In this document: positions 48,675 to 62,267 of the stretch, piece by piece
Numbering within the stretch: position 1 is the stretch's first letter
Layout of the letters: every line of letters starts with the position of its first letter
From: Vermamoeba vermiformis
Taxonomy: Eukaryota
Length of the DNA: 64,000 nt
Assembly: GCA_045837725.1 (NCBI GenBank)
Contig: JBEWZL010000069.1
Location: 1-64,000, forward strand
Direction: 5' to 3'
Program-made: the position numbers and the translations under genes
The notes under the pieces: model-generated
The model's database searches: none
The model's input: the letters and a program-made list of their open reading frames with translations, nothing else
What the model was told of the DNA's origin: nothing

Positions 48675-50915
48675 CTAGACCGCTTGTGAGTGAATTCCTG
48701 ATTGGGTTCTCACTCGTGAACTAATCATTGCTTCCTCTGCTCGTCGTTTGTTACGCCTGACAATCATTATAGGCACAACGATCGCTGCTGCCACGACAAT
48801 AGGCAAGCATATAATTAGTGCTATTGCATAATCAGGTAAGCTTGGTTGACCTTGCTGCTGACACGTGTCCGAAGGTGTCACTAAAAGTGTCAACTTGGTG
48901 TTTTCATAAACGACCTCCGCTCGATCACATTCGCCTTGATTTTCATACACGAGATTAACGCTGTCAAATTTCCCCGTATAACACGCATACGTCATCAAGT
49001 CGACTTCGTCCGTTGGATCAAGTTGACTGAAATCTACTTCGACCACTAAATCTCCGCTGAAATCTGGACACTCACTACCATTAATGTAAATAGCTGATCC
49101 GGGCGTCATTGTCACCGAAGAATTCGCTGAAAACTCGACTGACGTGACAACAACTTCACCTTCGATTTGTGTGTCATCGGTAATAACACCTAAAATAGAA
49201 CCAATCAGATGTCAATGACAGCTTTACTGTCGCACGTACATTTTGCAAGATCGCCTTTGCATCGCTGAGGTGCACAGCACAAGCTCGTATTGTATACTGA
49301 GCATCCAACTAGCAGCGTGAAATTTTGACTGAAGCAGCCTGACAGACCGACGTTGTTTTGAAATTGCCTTATAAAGGTTATTAGTATCATAATGACTGTA
49401 ACAATAGACGTACAGTAGCGTCATTGAGTTGGGAAGCTTCGGAACTGCTCCGGACAATTTATTGCCGTCCAAAATCCTGCGACGAGTTAATCAATCATTA
49501 TCACGATGAAAAACAATTACTGCGGACTTACAGCCAGAACATGACCGATTGAGTAAACTCAGGAATAGTGCCAGTCAAGTGGTTGTTGCTCAGAATTCTA
49601 TGGTCGCAAAACGTCAGTGCAAAAGCCCTGCAGACTCTCATCAATGTGATACTCACAAATTTTGCAATTGAGTGTTGCCCGTAAACGAAGGAATCGTTCC
49701 GTTGAGAAGATTATCGGATAATTTTCTATCGTGACATTAGTACTTTTCGAGACCGATACTAACTTAGCAAGACTTACAATGTCGTCAAATTCTTCAAGTT
49801 CTCTATGCTCGACGGTATTGTTCCCACGAAGTTATTGCCGTTTAAGCTCCTAAATTTCCTTATTAGGAAAGTGCTTCAAAACTGAGGGTGCAACTCACAA
49901 TTCTTGAACGGCTGACATGTCGCCTAACCAAGACGGCAATGTTCCATCGAGATTATTATCCTCTATTTGAAGTGTTGTAAGCGATTTTAAGTTCGCTAGT
50001 GTGCTGGGCAATTCTCCTTCGAATTTATTATTGCCCAAAACTCTGTACGGCAAGAAAAGGCTTGAAGTTAGTATTAAAGTATTATAACGATTTTTTGAAT
50101 AGTTAATCCGTACAATACGGTCAGTTTAGTTAAGCTGCCGAGCCAGTCCGGAAGAGAACCGTTGAAGTTGTTGAAATCAGCCCGAAACACTGTCAGATTT
50201 GATAGTAAAGACAATGAAGGCAGTTCTCCGATGAAACTGTTATTATCCAATCTCCTATAGTAATGAAACGAATAATTAGAATGCGGATGTGGATTTGGTC
50301 GAAGTTTGTACGTACAATAAAGTAAGCCCTAAAAGATTGCCAATAGTTGAAGGAACAGTTCCGGTAATGTAATTGTCGCTAAGGTCCCTAATAAAGAATC
50401 AATTAATGCACCAATCCCAAGAACCCAATTCGGATCCACAAGAACCGAAAATTACTTGGTCCAGGATATTACTGGAATCGTATTCCACTTACAAATTCTT
50501 GAGGTCTACCAAATTTCCAATGGAAGTGGGTAAGGAGCCACTAACATTAAGCCCGCTGAGTGACCTAAACCGAATGCGATCAAAATTATTTCAGATTAAA
50601 GTGTACATTAATAGATGCGTTGTATAATATTATCGCAGATGTATTTGTATAATAATTTTATCCGTCACCTTAATGGACACAATGAAAAAATTATTATCGA
50701 GAAACTTACAAAGATCCAAGGGTGCGAGGTACGCTGACCGAGCAGGTAACTCCGGGCAGCTTGCAAGCTGTTATGAGCGTGGCATTTGCATATTCGGGAA
50801 TATTGAGGGCAACACCTAAATCTTTAAGGGCGACGACCTGAGATTGATCGATCGAGCAATTACCAAACTGCAGCAAGCAACAGTACGCAAAAAAAATAAC
50901 CAAAATCCTCGTCAT
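48675..50915 (-). CDS. Secreted-type LRR receptor-like single-pass membrane protein
   Basis: Signal peptide MTRILVIFFAYCCLLQFG; many short exons with plant-type LRRs (NxLxGxIP); TM YAIALIICLPIVVAAAIVVPIMIV followed by RRNKRR. Confidence 0.82.
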
Positions 50916-51136
50916 CGTTGTTACTTGCGATCGATAGTATAAATGAACTAATTGTAGCGATTAAGAAATACTATGTTTTGCAACAATTTTACGGGTTACC
51001 AAAAAAGGAAGTGCTGGTACGGACAATTTAGAAAGATGTAACATCTACGAACACAAATTATTAGTACCCATATTTATACAATAAAAATATACAAGAAGAA
51101 TATTTGAAATTTAAAGCTTCTAGATCTTTTCACTTA

Positions 51137-52865
51137 TTACTTGCTCTGACTTTTCAATGCCAGCAAGGACTTCTTCAACTGATCCACGTGACCAGGTTTA
51201 TCGACGCCGCAAACAGTAAGCATTTTGTTGAACTCCGCTTCGTCATCCATAAGCTCGATCAGGTAGTCCAGATCGTCGTATCCGGACTGTTCAAAGGCTT
51301 TGGCGTACTTTTTCAATCCCGCGAACTTGAACTTGGCGAAGATCGATGCAGTGCTGCTACTGCTCATGGATTGGTTGTCGAATGGCTCTTCTTTGCTCTC
51401 GCTGCTCAGAACCAGTTGTAACGGCTTAGTCTCGACGACCACGCTGGCCTTGCTGTCCGCTTCTTCTTCTTCTTCACTGATTTGCAAGGATGTAGTGTTG
51501 ATGGTCATACCGGCGTCCTCTTCGCAGCTGATCTGAATCGAGGCAGTAGACTGATTCAGCTCTCGTTTGATGACCTTCGTCAGATCCACTTTCAATCTCT
51601 TAGCTTGATTAGAGTAAACCTCACTGTCCTCTTCTTCTTCGCTAGATCGCTTTCTCTTTCTCTCGTTGGTATTGTTGTCGTTGTTGTTGTTGTTACGGAT
51701 TGATGTGCTTTCTGCAAGCAGATCGGGATCCACGCTGAACCTGCACAAGCTTTATTAGCGCTTGACAGAGGAGAATATATTGGCTACTTACAAAGACATG
51801 TCCTCATCGGCAGGTATGGGCTCGTCCTCTTCAATAGCGTCCATATCAAGTTCATCCTCTTCGGGTTCATTTTGCTCCTCAGCTTGAACATCATCATCGT
51901 CGTCGAAATTGTCAACAGCACCAAGCGCATCTTCCCAGCTCTGAATGCACGGCTTGAAATTGTCTCTGAGTGTGATCAGGTCATTACCAATGATCTTGTG
52001 CACGTGATCAAGAGCTTGCTCGAACGTCATTTTAAACAGCGCTATCGCGAAACCTAGGACAATTGCCAAGGCTCTGTATGTGGATTAGAATAGCCCTCAA
52101 TGTTTACTTAGGGTATATATATTACCTGGTTCCTGTTTTGTCGAAGACAAGTACGGATTTGTTCGTCTCGTAACAAGATCTGAGAAAATTGAGAGCTTGC
52201 AGCAACGTTTCAAGCTCGATGAAATCAACCTCCTTGATGGGCACGTGGTGGCACTCGTACTCATTTTCATAGTGATTTTTTGTGTCGTCGCCAACGTTAA
52301 GAACGGCTTGTACGTCGATATCTAAAAATTGTTTGGTTAAGGCTGGGATAAGTGGCTCGTCACTTACGTTTTGTGCAGAGGTCTATCTCGGTCTTGCGTA
52401 CACCAAGGATAACCCCACGGAATATCTCAAAGCCGCGAGATTCAAGTTGCGCCTGTCGTTCTTTGAGCGAATGCTTTGCATTGAGACTTTTCTGCAAAGC
52501 TTCGCGGGCAGCTTGCCTTTTCTTTCGAATACTAAATATCGTTAAATTAGTGTCAAGTAATTTGTTGGAAGGTATTATTTAATAACTGCATAATTTTTTG
52601 TGAATTCTGAGTATTGATTGACAGATTCGAAAAAAATCATTGGATTAATTTACTTGTTCATTTAAAAATATGCTACTTACGCCTCTTTCTCTTCCTCGGT
52701 CTTAGGATTTACCACGCGGCCGCTCTTTTTTGGAGAAGCTCTGATCTTCGTCGGACTTTCAAAAGGTTCCTGCTTGGCTCTCAAGCCTCGGGTATCTCGA
52801 TGCTCAAAGTCGGCCCTGCTCCAATACTTGCCGTCAAGTAATGTTTTTAATTCTTCTGAGCTCAT
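51137..52865 (-). CDS. Dual-specificity-phosphatase-like (probably inactive) protein with a C-terminal SAM domain
   Basis: VQAVLNVG, HHVPIKE, VLVFDKTGTRALAIV, MTFEQALDHV; SAM-like GLKKYAKAFEQSGYDDLDYL...GVDKPGH. Confidence 0.65.
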
Positions 52866-53010
52866 TAGTGAGGTGTGGTCGCTCGACTGAAGTTCAAAAA
52901 TTAAACGGTCAGATCGAGCGCCAAAAATTTATGAAACTATTAACAATTTTATTTGCGCGGCTTCTTTCAGCCAAAAATGTACATTGTTTAGTGGAATAGC
53001 GATTATTTAA

Positions 53011-56000
53011 TTATATGCTGATTTGTTTCGTGGATCGTCGAGTCTTTGGTGGAGCAGCTGTGCTTGCTTGCGTAGGAGGAGATTGTTGAAAAGCGACCTT
53101 AAATACCTCATCATAATGAGATACGTAATGAACTTCAAGGTCCCTCTTAATATAGTCGGGCAACTCTTCAAAATCTTTCTTGTTGTTGGTAGGGAAGATC
53201 AAGGTGGTTACACCGGATCTCTTAGCAGCAATTGTCTTTTCCTTAACACCACCTAAATAGCATATTAGAATTTCTTCATAAACTGGCTGCGACTAAGTGT
53301 GTTCAGGCGAAATCTAGATCGCGTGATCCGCGCACTTATGATGTCTTACCAATAGGCAGGACTTTGCCAGTGATAGTGACTTCACCAGTCATAGCGAGAT
53401 CCTTCTTGACTGGTTTGTTAAGAGCCAAAGAGAGCAATGAAGTGACCATTGTAATGCCTGCAGAAGGTCCATCTTTAGGTGTCGCGCCAGCAGGAATGTG
53501 CATGTGCATTGAGGCCTAGATACGTCATATTAGCTCGAGTACGGTGTTGATGGTAAGATCTACTTACTGTTTCGAAGAAGCGGTTGGCAGGATTGTGTCG
53601 CAGCAAGTGAGCCTTGGCGTAAGTGTACGCGATCTCGGAGCTTTCTTTCATGACTTCACCCATCTTGCCTGTCCTTCGCAAACCAGGCTTGCTGCCGAAC
53701 TTATCTACACTCGATTCGACGTATAAAGTAGCGCCACCCATCTCGGTCCAGGCCAAACCCATGACAACACCAAGAGGTGTCTCTTCGAAGAATCTGTCTG
53801 TGCTGAAGGCAGGCTTGCCGACGTACTTCTGTAAGTTTTCTTTGGTGATAACCACGTGATCAGTTTCGCCTTGAACGATCTGCAAAGCGACTTTACGGAA
53901 TATCTTTTCAATCTTTTGTTGAAGGTTTCTAACACCAGCTTCACGGCAATAAGATTGGATCAATTCTTGGGCTGCCATTGGAGTGACAGTGACTTGTTCG
54001 GGCTTCAAACCAGTCTCTTTCAACGTGGTAGGAATCAAGTACCTACAGTAATTAATTAGTACGGCTTATTACGAGAAGCGAGTGATGTCAACTTACTTGT
54101 TCAAAATCTCCATCTTTTCTTCGAGCACGTAGCCGCTCAAACGAATTACCTCCATACGGTCAAGCAATGGTCCAGGAATCGTGTCTTGAAGATTGGCCGT
54201 GCAAATGAAGAGCACCTTTGACAGGTCATAAGGAACGTCCATGTAGTGGTCCAAGAAACCAGAGTTTTGTTCCGGATCCAACACTTCAAGCAAAGCTGAT
54301 GAAGGGTCTCCTCGCCAGTGCTTGGTCATCTTATCAATCTCGTCGATCAGAATGACAGGATTTGATGTTTGAGTGCGCTTGAGGGCTTGAATGATCTTGC
54401 CGGGCATAGCTCCAACATAGGTACGACGATGACCCTTGATTTCAGCCACGTCGTTCATTCCACCGACAGAGAAGCGATAGAACTCACGACCTAAGCTGCG
54501 TGCAATTGACTTGCCAATGCTGGTCTTACCAACGCCAGGCGGGCCGACCAATAAAATGATCTTGCCTTGCACTGAGTTCTTCATAGCACCGACTGCGATG
54601 AACTGCAAGATCTTCTCCTTGACATGTTGCAAGCCATAGTGATCTTCATCGAGGATCGTTTCGGCCTTCAACAAGTCAAACGACTCTTGAGAGTACACGC
54701 CCCAAGGAATGTTCGTCAACCAATCCAAGTAGTTCTTGGTCACGTGGAACTCGACAGACGATTGTTCCAAATTGCTCAATTTGGTCTAAAAACCATACAT
54801 TAGTTTCAGTCATTTTAGCCAAGATTTAACCAACGTACCATTTCGTCATTGATGACAGTCATCGCGTGCTCGGGCACGGTGTACTTTGCAAGTCTTTCCT
54901 TGAACTTGGCAATAACTTTGCTCTTCTCATCGCCCTTAGCACCGAGTTCGCCCTTAATGACCTTGATTCGCTCGCTGGCCTGGAACTTTCTGTTTGTCTC
55001 GCTCAATTGGTGCTTGACTTTCCTGCACGCGAAAAAAATGTTAGCCTGTATACCTAGAAATAGTATCTAAAGCAAACGTACTCTGAGACTTCGTGGTCCG
55101 TATGAATCAGCTCGTATTTGAACTTGACGAATCTAAGCGCCAGCTCCAATCTCTCCTTCAAATTGTTGCACTCCAAAATTTCAATTAATTTATCGGCGTT
55201 CGAGGGGTGAGGCATAGCAGAGGCAATAACTTCAGGGATGATGAATGAAGTGTTTGCTGGTTCTTTGAACAAAGTTTCTCGGTCGGGAATGAACAACAAG
55301 CGAGACATACTATAATAAGCAAGTATAAGCATTATGCAATAATGAATGGATATGCGATTAAACTTACACTGCGCCCTCGCGTTTTAAGGTTTCCACGATC
55401 TTGTTGTACGTGAAAATCAACTCGAAACTGTAGGCCTTGATAGTCTCGTCAGCAGAGTCTACAGGATCGTCTTCGAAGGGCACAATGTTCACGTGCATCG
55501 TGGTGTCGTTAGGGTGACGCACGACGGAAGTGGCTTTAATGCGCGAATGGGACATGAACATCACTTGCGCGTATTTCTCGCCCAAGGTAATGTCCTTAAT
55601 CTCTGCTAATACTCCGACTTTGCGAATTTGATTTAACTGCGTTGGGTTCGCTGGACTATCTCTCGCCGTCATTAAGAACAATCCTACTTTAGTTCCGTCA
55701 CGCTTGATTTTTTTCAAGGCGTCCAAATGCATCACATCATAGCTCAACACTTTGATGCCTAATTTTACATAAAATTAGTTTATGATTTATAAATTGAGAT
55801 TTTTGTCCTTTGCATACCATTGGGATAAATAGGCACGTCCGATAAAGGCAATACGGCAACTTTTTTAGGCACTGTCACTGGTTTTTTGCCTGCGTATTGT
55901 CCCGATGTTTGAATTGTTTCTTCGGCTTCTTCAGCTTCAAGAACTTCATCATTGTTATTGTGCTTAGAATTTGCGATAAATCTACGGTCCTATATTAAAA

Positions 56001-56738
56001 ATAAAAATATTAGTGTTGTTCTCTCAGCGCGTGGAATTGTGTTGGAAAATTATTATTGAAATTTCCGTAACAATAAGGAAGTTACTAGAATATGGATAAA
56101 CGACGTGTAGAACTATGTATATCCTCCATTATTAGGGCACTGCAATTAAATATTGATTTCAATAAAATATTAAAGAAAATTTTGATAAGAGTGGCCAAAA
56201 CATATGCCGTTGCTAGTTGATAATTTTAATCGCATTAAAGTATTGAATGCAAAATAATGTCCACAAAATAATAATATAAAGTGGATTACTTACTAGTCTA
56301 TCGAATTTCTCTTGGTAAACGACGGATGTAGTTAGCGACGATGCTCCGCTGAATATACTCGCGCCATTCGTGCTATTAATATTGTTATATCTACCGGTAC
56401 GCGTTACTGAACTGCCTCTTTGCTTCGTCACGAGATCGGATGTGGACAATTTTCTCTGCGCTATCTGAGTGCTGAAAGCCGCAGTAGTCGTCCGGCTAAT
56501 ATTATTTGACGTTAATATTCTAGGAACAATTTTACCTATTTTATTAATTTCATTAATTCGAGCGCATCCAAAGTTGAGTTCAGAATAAATGAAAAAATTT
56601 TCAAATATCAAGAATGATATATTAGAGTTAATATTATATAATGCAATTTATGGCGGCACTCGTTTAATAAATAAATTAATTTGGAACGAGATGTCGCGTT
56701 ATTATGAAAATTGTAAACCTACCACCAGCCCGCAACAT
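53011..56738 (-). CDS. LONP1: Mitochondrial Lon protease
   Basis: Presequence-like [73 protein letters not shown]. Confidence 0.93.
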
Positions 56739-57108
56739 TCTCTATGTACAAATACTATATATCTATATAAACAAATATAAACACTATGTTTTGTTGCCGG
56801 AGGTGTTGGCTACTCCTTTGAAAATGAACGTTGAAATTGAAACAGAAAATAACGACAAAATATTATTCGCGCGACGTGTCCCGACTTAATTGCCCACAAA
56901 TTAAGTTACCAGAAGGTATTTTCCTAACGGCAGTACTTTAAAAAATAGCAACTCGACTTTGCCGCAAACCTGAAGGAACCATCTGATTTTTTTTTCAAGA
57001 TGCATCTGGATCTGGATTCGCACCATCCTGGACGCTTAGGAGACATTCGACATCTTATACCTTTAGCTACGTTTATTATTCACGTGCTAACATTATGATA
57101 TTGATACT

Positions 57109-58227
57109 TTAGTTCTTCTTTTCTTCAGTCTTGGCCTCATCCCTTTTCTTGAACATTTTTTTCTAAAAGCATCGTTAGATCTACATACATAACCACACGA
57201 CGATAATATATGTCATATATCATTCATATAGGGCGAGTATTTTCGCCTTTATCTCATTATTTAAGACTTACCATGGCATAAGCGTCTTCGCCGTCAGCAT
57301 AATATTGAGCTTCGATATCAGAAACCCTATTACACGCAAATTAGTATACTAATCCATATCTAAATATAGGTCTGCTCTATTCTATTTTTATACACTTACT
57401 CGAATCCTAAGACATCTTTGTACAATCCCAACGCAGCTCTGTTTCCTCGTCGCACGTGTAAGCTAACATATTCAGCACCGTGATTTTCAATCATAGCCTC
57501 AACTGTTAAGAATTTTCATTAAGGATAATAATATATGAGCTGAGTATATTAAGAATATAGTATTTAGGTCGAATTAGGATACTGGCTTGATTCATCAACA
57601 ATGAGGCCAAACCCATCTTTCGGTGTGTCCTCATAACTGCGAGTGAAGTAATGTGGCCGTGAGGTTGATCTCCGGGCTTCAAGTCCTCCTCCCTAATAGA
57701 GTAATGTTAGTAACTGCCCGCTACATAATATCCTTGGACCAGCAGCATCGAGCCAATTGTACAGAAGACTCGAATTGTGTTGATTCTTTTAAGAGTAGCT
57801 ATTGGTTGCTTACATTTTAGCAAGAACGTATCCGACAATGTGTCCTTTGTAATCTTCAGCGACTTGAGACAAATGTGGCCTTCAATAATAATATTAAAAA
57901 TAATGAAAAAATTATTTTGCGAATAGTGATCATTCTTTGCGCTTACCAAGTCAATAAGTGATATAAATAATATTTCATTTGATAATTTTCGGGCAAGCAG
58001 GTCAAGTTGGCCTTCTGCATCTCGAAAAGGTCGTCAACCTGGATTAAAAATATCTCAGCCACTATAAATCTAGATAATATTACAAATGCGCCGTATATGC
58101 TATAAATAATTTATAATAATTTTTTTTAAACGTATAGCATCGATATGACACGATTATAGTCGTCAGATCCGGTCAACGCTGGATTTCGCTTTAAACTTAC
58201 TGTAGCTCTTCGAATAGTAACCGACAT
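57109..58227 (-). CDS. NAA10: N-alpha-acetyltransferase 10 (Ard1)
   Basis: [60 protein letters not shown]. Confidence 0.92.
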
Positions 58228-58409
58228 GTTGTATTAATCTCCTGTTATATATACAAGCTGGTCACTGGTGCTGTTACTTTGGTTTAGTCACACAAACAAT
58301 TAATTTGTTAGGCACCAAAAGTAACCCTTGTGCTCAATAAGTAGTCGCGACAGACAATAGGGAGTAATATATCGACAAGTCAAAATTTTATTGTATTCAC
58401 AAAAGGTGT

Positions 58410-60410
58410 TTATCGGCGTCGCTCTCTGCTTGAATCTCGTTTGCTCGATCTGTATCTATCGGCACTACGACTTCTACTTCTTCGTCTATCTCTGTCTCTG
58501 TTTCTATCTCGACTGCGGCTACGACGAGAATCGCGACCACGATCTTTCTCACGAGAATATCGATCACGAGAACGGCTTCTGCGTCGTGAATCACGTCGAG
58601 GACTGCGCGATCTAGATGTCTTTCTGCGCTTGTGGTCATCACGACTACGACTGCGACTACGAGTCCTCTTCCTTGAGTCACGACCTCTGCTGGAACCGTT
58701 TCTGTCGTCACTGTATCTCTCTGCATGCGGGCTGGGCACATCCGATCCTGTGCTGGGAGGCTGAGAAAAATGGGTTAGACAATCGAACAAGCACGTGATG
58801 CATAGGAAAATTATAAAGGGTAATGTGGCTCGGTGTTGATGATAACAAGGGTGTCCTAGTAACATCGGGAAAACTTATTTGCGGCTCAATCGAGATCTTA
58901 CCTCATCATTGCCCGTCAAGATCTGTGTGCTCGAGGTGTAACGCGTCATTGATGGCAAGCTATATAGACGTGTGATGTGCCATGCAATTTCATCTAACTC
59001 TGTAGCAAAGGTCAATTCAGGTCACACAAAATATAGCCGTTACAAAAAACTTACGAGCTTTGGTCGCGTCAAAAAGTTCCCACCAGGCTGGACTCTCTGG
59101 CAAAGGAATTTGCAGCATTCTAGCGGCCATATATATCGCTGCTGTGGCTATGACTTCTGACGGGAATTTGAGGTACACTATTGTCCGCAAACTAGAAAAA
59201 GAAGGTTCGTTAGGGCTGGATCCAAATCCGTGTAAACAGGAAAGGAAAAGTCGAAAACAACTGCAAAACCTCTCCAGATCGACATTCTGCCCAATGTACA
59301 CACGTTGGCATGCCAGACGCACTCCAATGGTCGAGGGTAACCTGAAATCAGATCTAGTCGTTGTCGCGTGTTAAACCGACCACAACTTCCTAACATAAGG
59401 CCCTATATATCTAGAATTGATCGTTCACATGCAAGCGGGCACATAGGGCAAGAATCGATCATGGAGAGCAGTGCAGTTGAGTTCCGAGTTAATTTAGGAT
59501 CGTAATTAAGGTAGGTAAGCCTGTGACGGCCAAATGTTTGGTTTAGCGTTATTAATTACCCAATAAGGGCCTAAAAAAGTGTATTAGATTACGATGTTAA
59601 ATATATGCACGCCGCACGAGAAGTCACCCGCAAGTTATTCAAAGATTAAGATATTTTGTAATTGCAGATGCGGTCAAAGAACTTGAATATTACCTGTCAT
59701 TTAAGTAATTCCATGCTAGTTGTGCCAACTCTTTGTTATTGCTAAGTGCGAGTACTCCCAAATAGTTCACGATAAATTTGTGCGCGTGCTCTACGAACAC
59801 ATTGAATCCGAGCTCTTTGAGCAGATGTCGCTCCTGCCGAATTAGTTCATTCTTCATATCTACATATTTCTACGAAACGCACGTGAGTTTTCGCGTTTCA
59901 ATGGAGAAGCAATGATTGCTTACCTGTCGCGTGAAGTCGATCGGCTGATGTGTTTTAATTCCTTTCCGTATTTCGTCGATTCGATTAAAAACATTAATAA
60001 TATCTCTCGACCTTCGAGGATGTTCTTCCACTTTTGCAGCACAGAATAAAGCGGCCATGGCCAGCATCTGGAAGAAAAGGAAAAGAAAAAAATTAGTACT
60101 TTCTTCAGTGGCCACAAAAAAATTCTACCTTTGCGTCGTACGATTTAAATGACCGTCTAAAATAAAATCTGTGGAATAAAACTTGCGCAGTGGCCATTGC
60201 AACTTGCGGCCTAAATATTAAATTAATATTACTGTGCCGCGCCAACAAATTCACTTACAATTGTAATAATATTCCAGCTTCTTGAATTAATTCGCAGCCA
60301 AATATTCGTAGCTTCACCTCTGTCTCCGCATCAACCCCATCTACGCGAGAAGGAGAGTTTTCTATTAATTCGGAAGGGACTAATACATTTTGCAACTGGT
60401 GAAGCATCAT
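58410..60410 (-). CDS. CCNL: Cyclin L with a C-terminal RS domain
   Basis: SPSRVDGVDAETEVKLRIFGCELIQEAGILLQL, MATAQVLFHRFY, AAKVEEHPRR, AWNYLNDSLRT; RS-repeat last exon. Confidence 0.9.
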
Positions 60411-60498
60411 GGTGTTGCACGTTGTGATGGCATAAAACAATAAAAAAAAACACACAAACAGAGGACAATTGCAGACAAAAACAAAAAAAAAAAGAATT

Positions 60499-60571
60499 AG
60501 CCTCCTGCGGGGGTCGAACCCGCGACCTTTGGCTTAGAAGGCCAACGCTCTACCATCTGAGCTAAGGAGGC
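60499..60571 (-). tRNA. tRNA-Arg, anticodon TCT, no intron
   Basis: Reverse complement: GCCTCCT-TAGCTCAGATGGTAGAGC-G-TTGGC-CTTCTAA-GCCAA-AGGTC-GCGGG-TTCGACC-CCCGC-AGGAGGC, followed by an oligo-T Pol III terminator. Confidence 0.95.
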
Positions 60572-60624
60572 TTGGTGATCGTGGTTTTCGCAATTTTTGC
60601 GCCAGGTTCGGTACGAAGACCCAT

Positions 60625-62094
60625 TTAGTTATCTACAAAGGTGGAATTGAAGTAGTACTGCATCAATCCTGTGAAGACGAACAGTGCCCAAAGCAACGCA
60701 CCGTTCGTGGCATTTAGACGCTTGAAGAAGACGCCAGTTGCAGAAGCGGCGGATGCGCACAGCATAATAAGACTCATGCTTATCGGGTAGTTGGGAGACT
60801 CCCATTTATATTCGCGCGAAACGCCATAGAAGCACAAAATCTAAATCTTGTTAGTTCATTTTCTCGCTGGACACGGCGACTTACTCCAAGAAGGAATGAC
60901 GTTTTGGTGATCGTGCCACCAATGAGGTTACTGAAGGCGATATTGATGCTACGGGCGCGGCCTCTTCGAGACAGTGAGATACTCTCAAGAATTTCAGGCA
61001 TTTCAGAAGCGATCGGAGCCAAGAAAAATGCCAGTAAGATTGGGTTAACCTCGAGGGTTTTAGCCGTTAAAACAACGGATCTAAGGACCTCAAATTAGTA
61101 AAAGGGCGTTGAAGTTTGCAGGCGACACGTACCCAATAAAAGGCTCGGAGAATACAGTAATGAGGAATCCTCCAACGACCAAAAACAAAACACCTTTTCT
61201 GATTGACACTTCACCTTCCGAATCACTGTCCTCGTCATCACCATGAGCGACTGTGCCTGCTTCCTCATCCTTAACATGGTCGACCATAGGTCCATCGCCG
61301 CTGGCAGGATTTTCTGTAGGCAAAGGCGTTGGCGTCTCTGTAAAGTGATTAATAAACTTCACTAAAGTTAGACAGATCTTCGTGCTTACGTTCAGGGGTA
61401 ACTTTCTTCTTAAATAGAGAGTATAGCAAAAAGCACGCATAGTACATAATGGCCAATACTCCCGTGATAATTTGAAAACCAAACGTGGCCAGAAGGATCG
61501 GAAAAATTAAAGAGACTCCCAATATAATACATTGCAACCGGATCTGCGCGATTATATAAAAGTAATTAATGAATTAATAATTGTAATAAAATCATACCGA
61601 TGCGAGTAACTCAAAGTCCTTTGTTCTGCTAGCCCTTGATCCGATGTATAAACAGGCACCCAATGCAACGGTGCACACGACTACACCATAAAATTAGTAT
61701 ATGAACATGATTAATATAAGTGATCATATTTAATACCAATTGTGCTTCCAGACACTGCTCCAACGGCAAACCGAGGATTGTTACTTGTCAAGGCAACGAT
61801 GAAAAATATTGTTTCAGGCGCTGTTATATAGATTATACTAAATTAGTGCTATTCTTGTGATAGTAGCAGAAAATTAAAATTAGAATTTAATTTTTCATTT
61901 TTTCTAGATCTGACCGTTTGCATCCGCCACTTACCTGTATTCAGCCATGCTATAACTAATCCACCAATAATAGATGCATCATATTTTTTGCCTAAGATTT
62001 CACCTCCTTCACCAACGCACCACGAGGCTATAACAAGTAACGCAAAACTCACGATCCCCGTGAAAATGCTTGGTGTGAATAATCCAAGCACCAT
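60625..62094 (-). CDS. Ca2+/cation exchanger family membrane protein
   Basis: Multiple TM helices; alpha-repeat-like IIGGLVIAWLNTAPE and FFLAPIASEMPE...NIAFSNLIG, with an acidic central loop. Confidence 0.8.
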
Positions 62095-62267
62095 ATCGTT
62101 GTGGTAAAGATATATTAAATAATAAAGAATAAAGTTTGACGTTTCAACTTTTTTTTTGGCCGAGCAACGTTGTCAAAATTTGGTCGCCGTTAGTTTTGTT
62201 CTTTCGTTTTTAGCGGATCCCACAGGAGAACGAAGAAGACCATATATATTATAGCTCCTAATCAGCA

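Noticed and set aside
58391-58798. Overlapping antisense and alternative-frame ORFs over the cyclin L last exon
   Set aside because: By-products of the repetitive RS-coding sequence.
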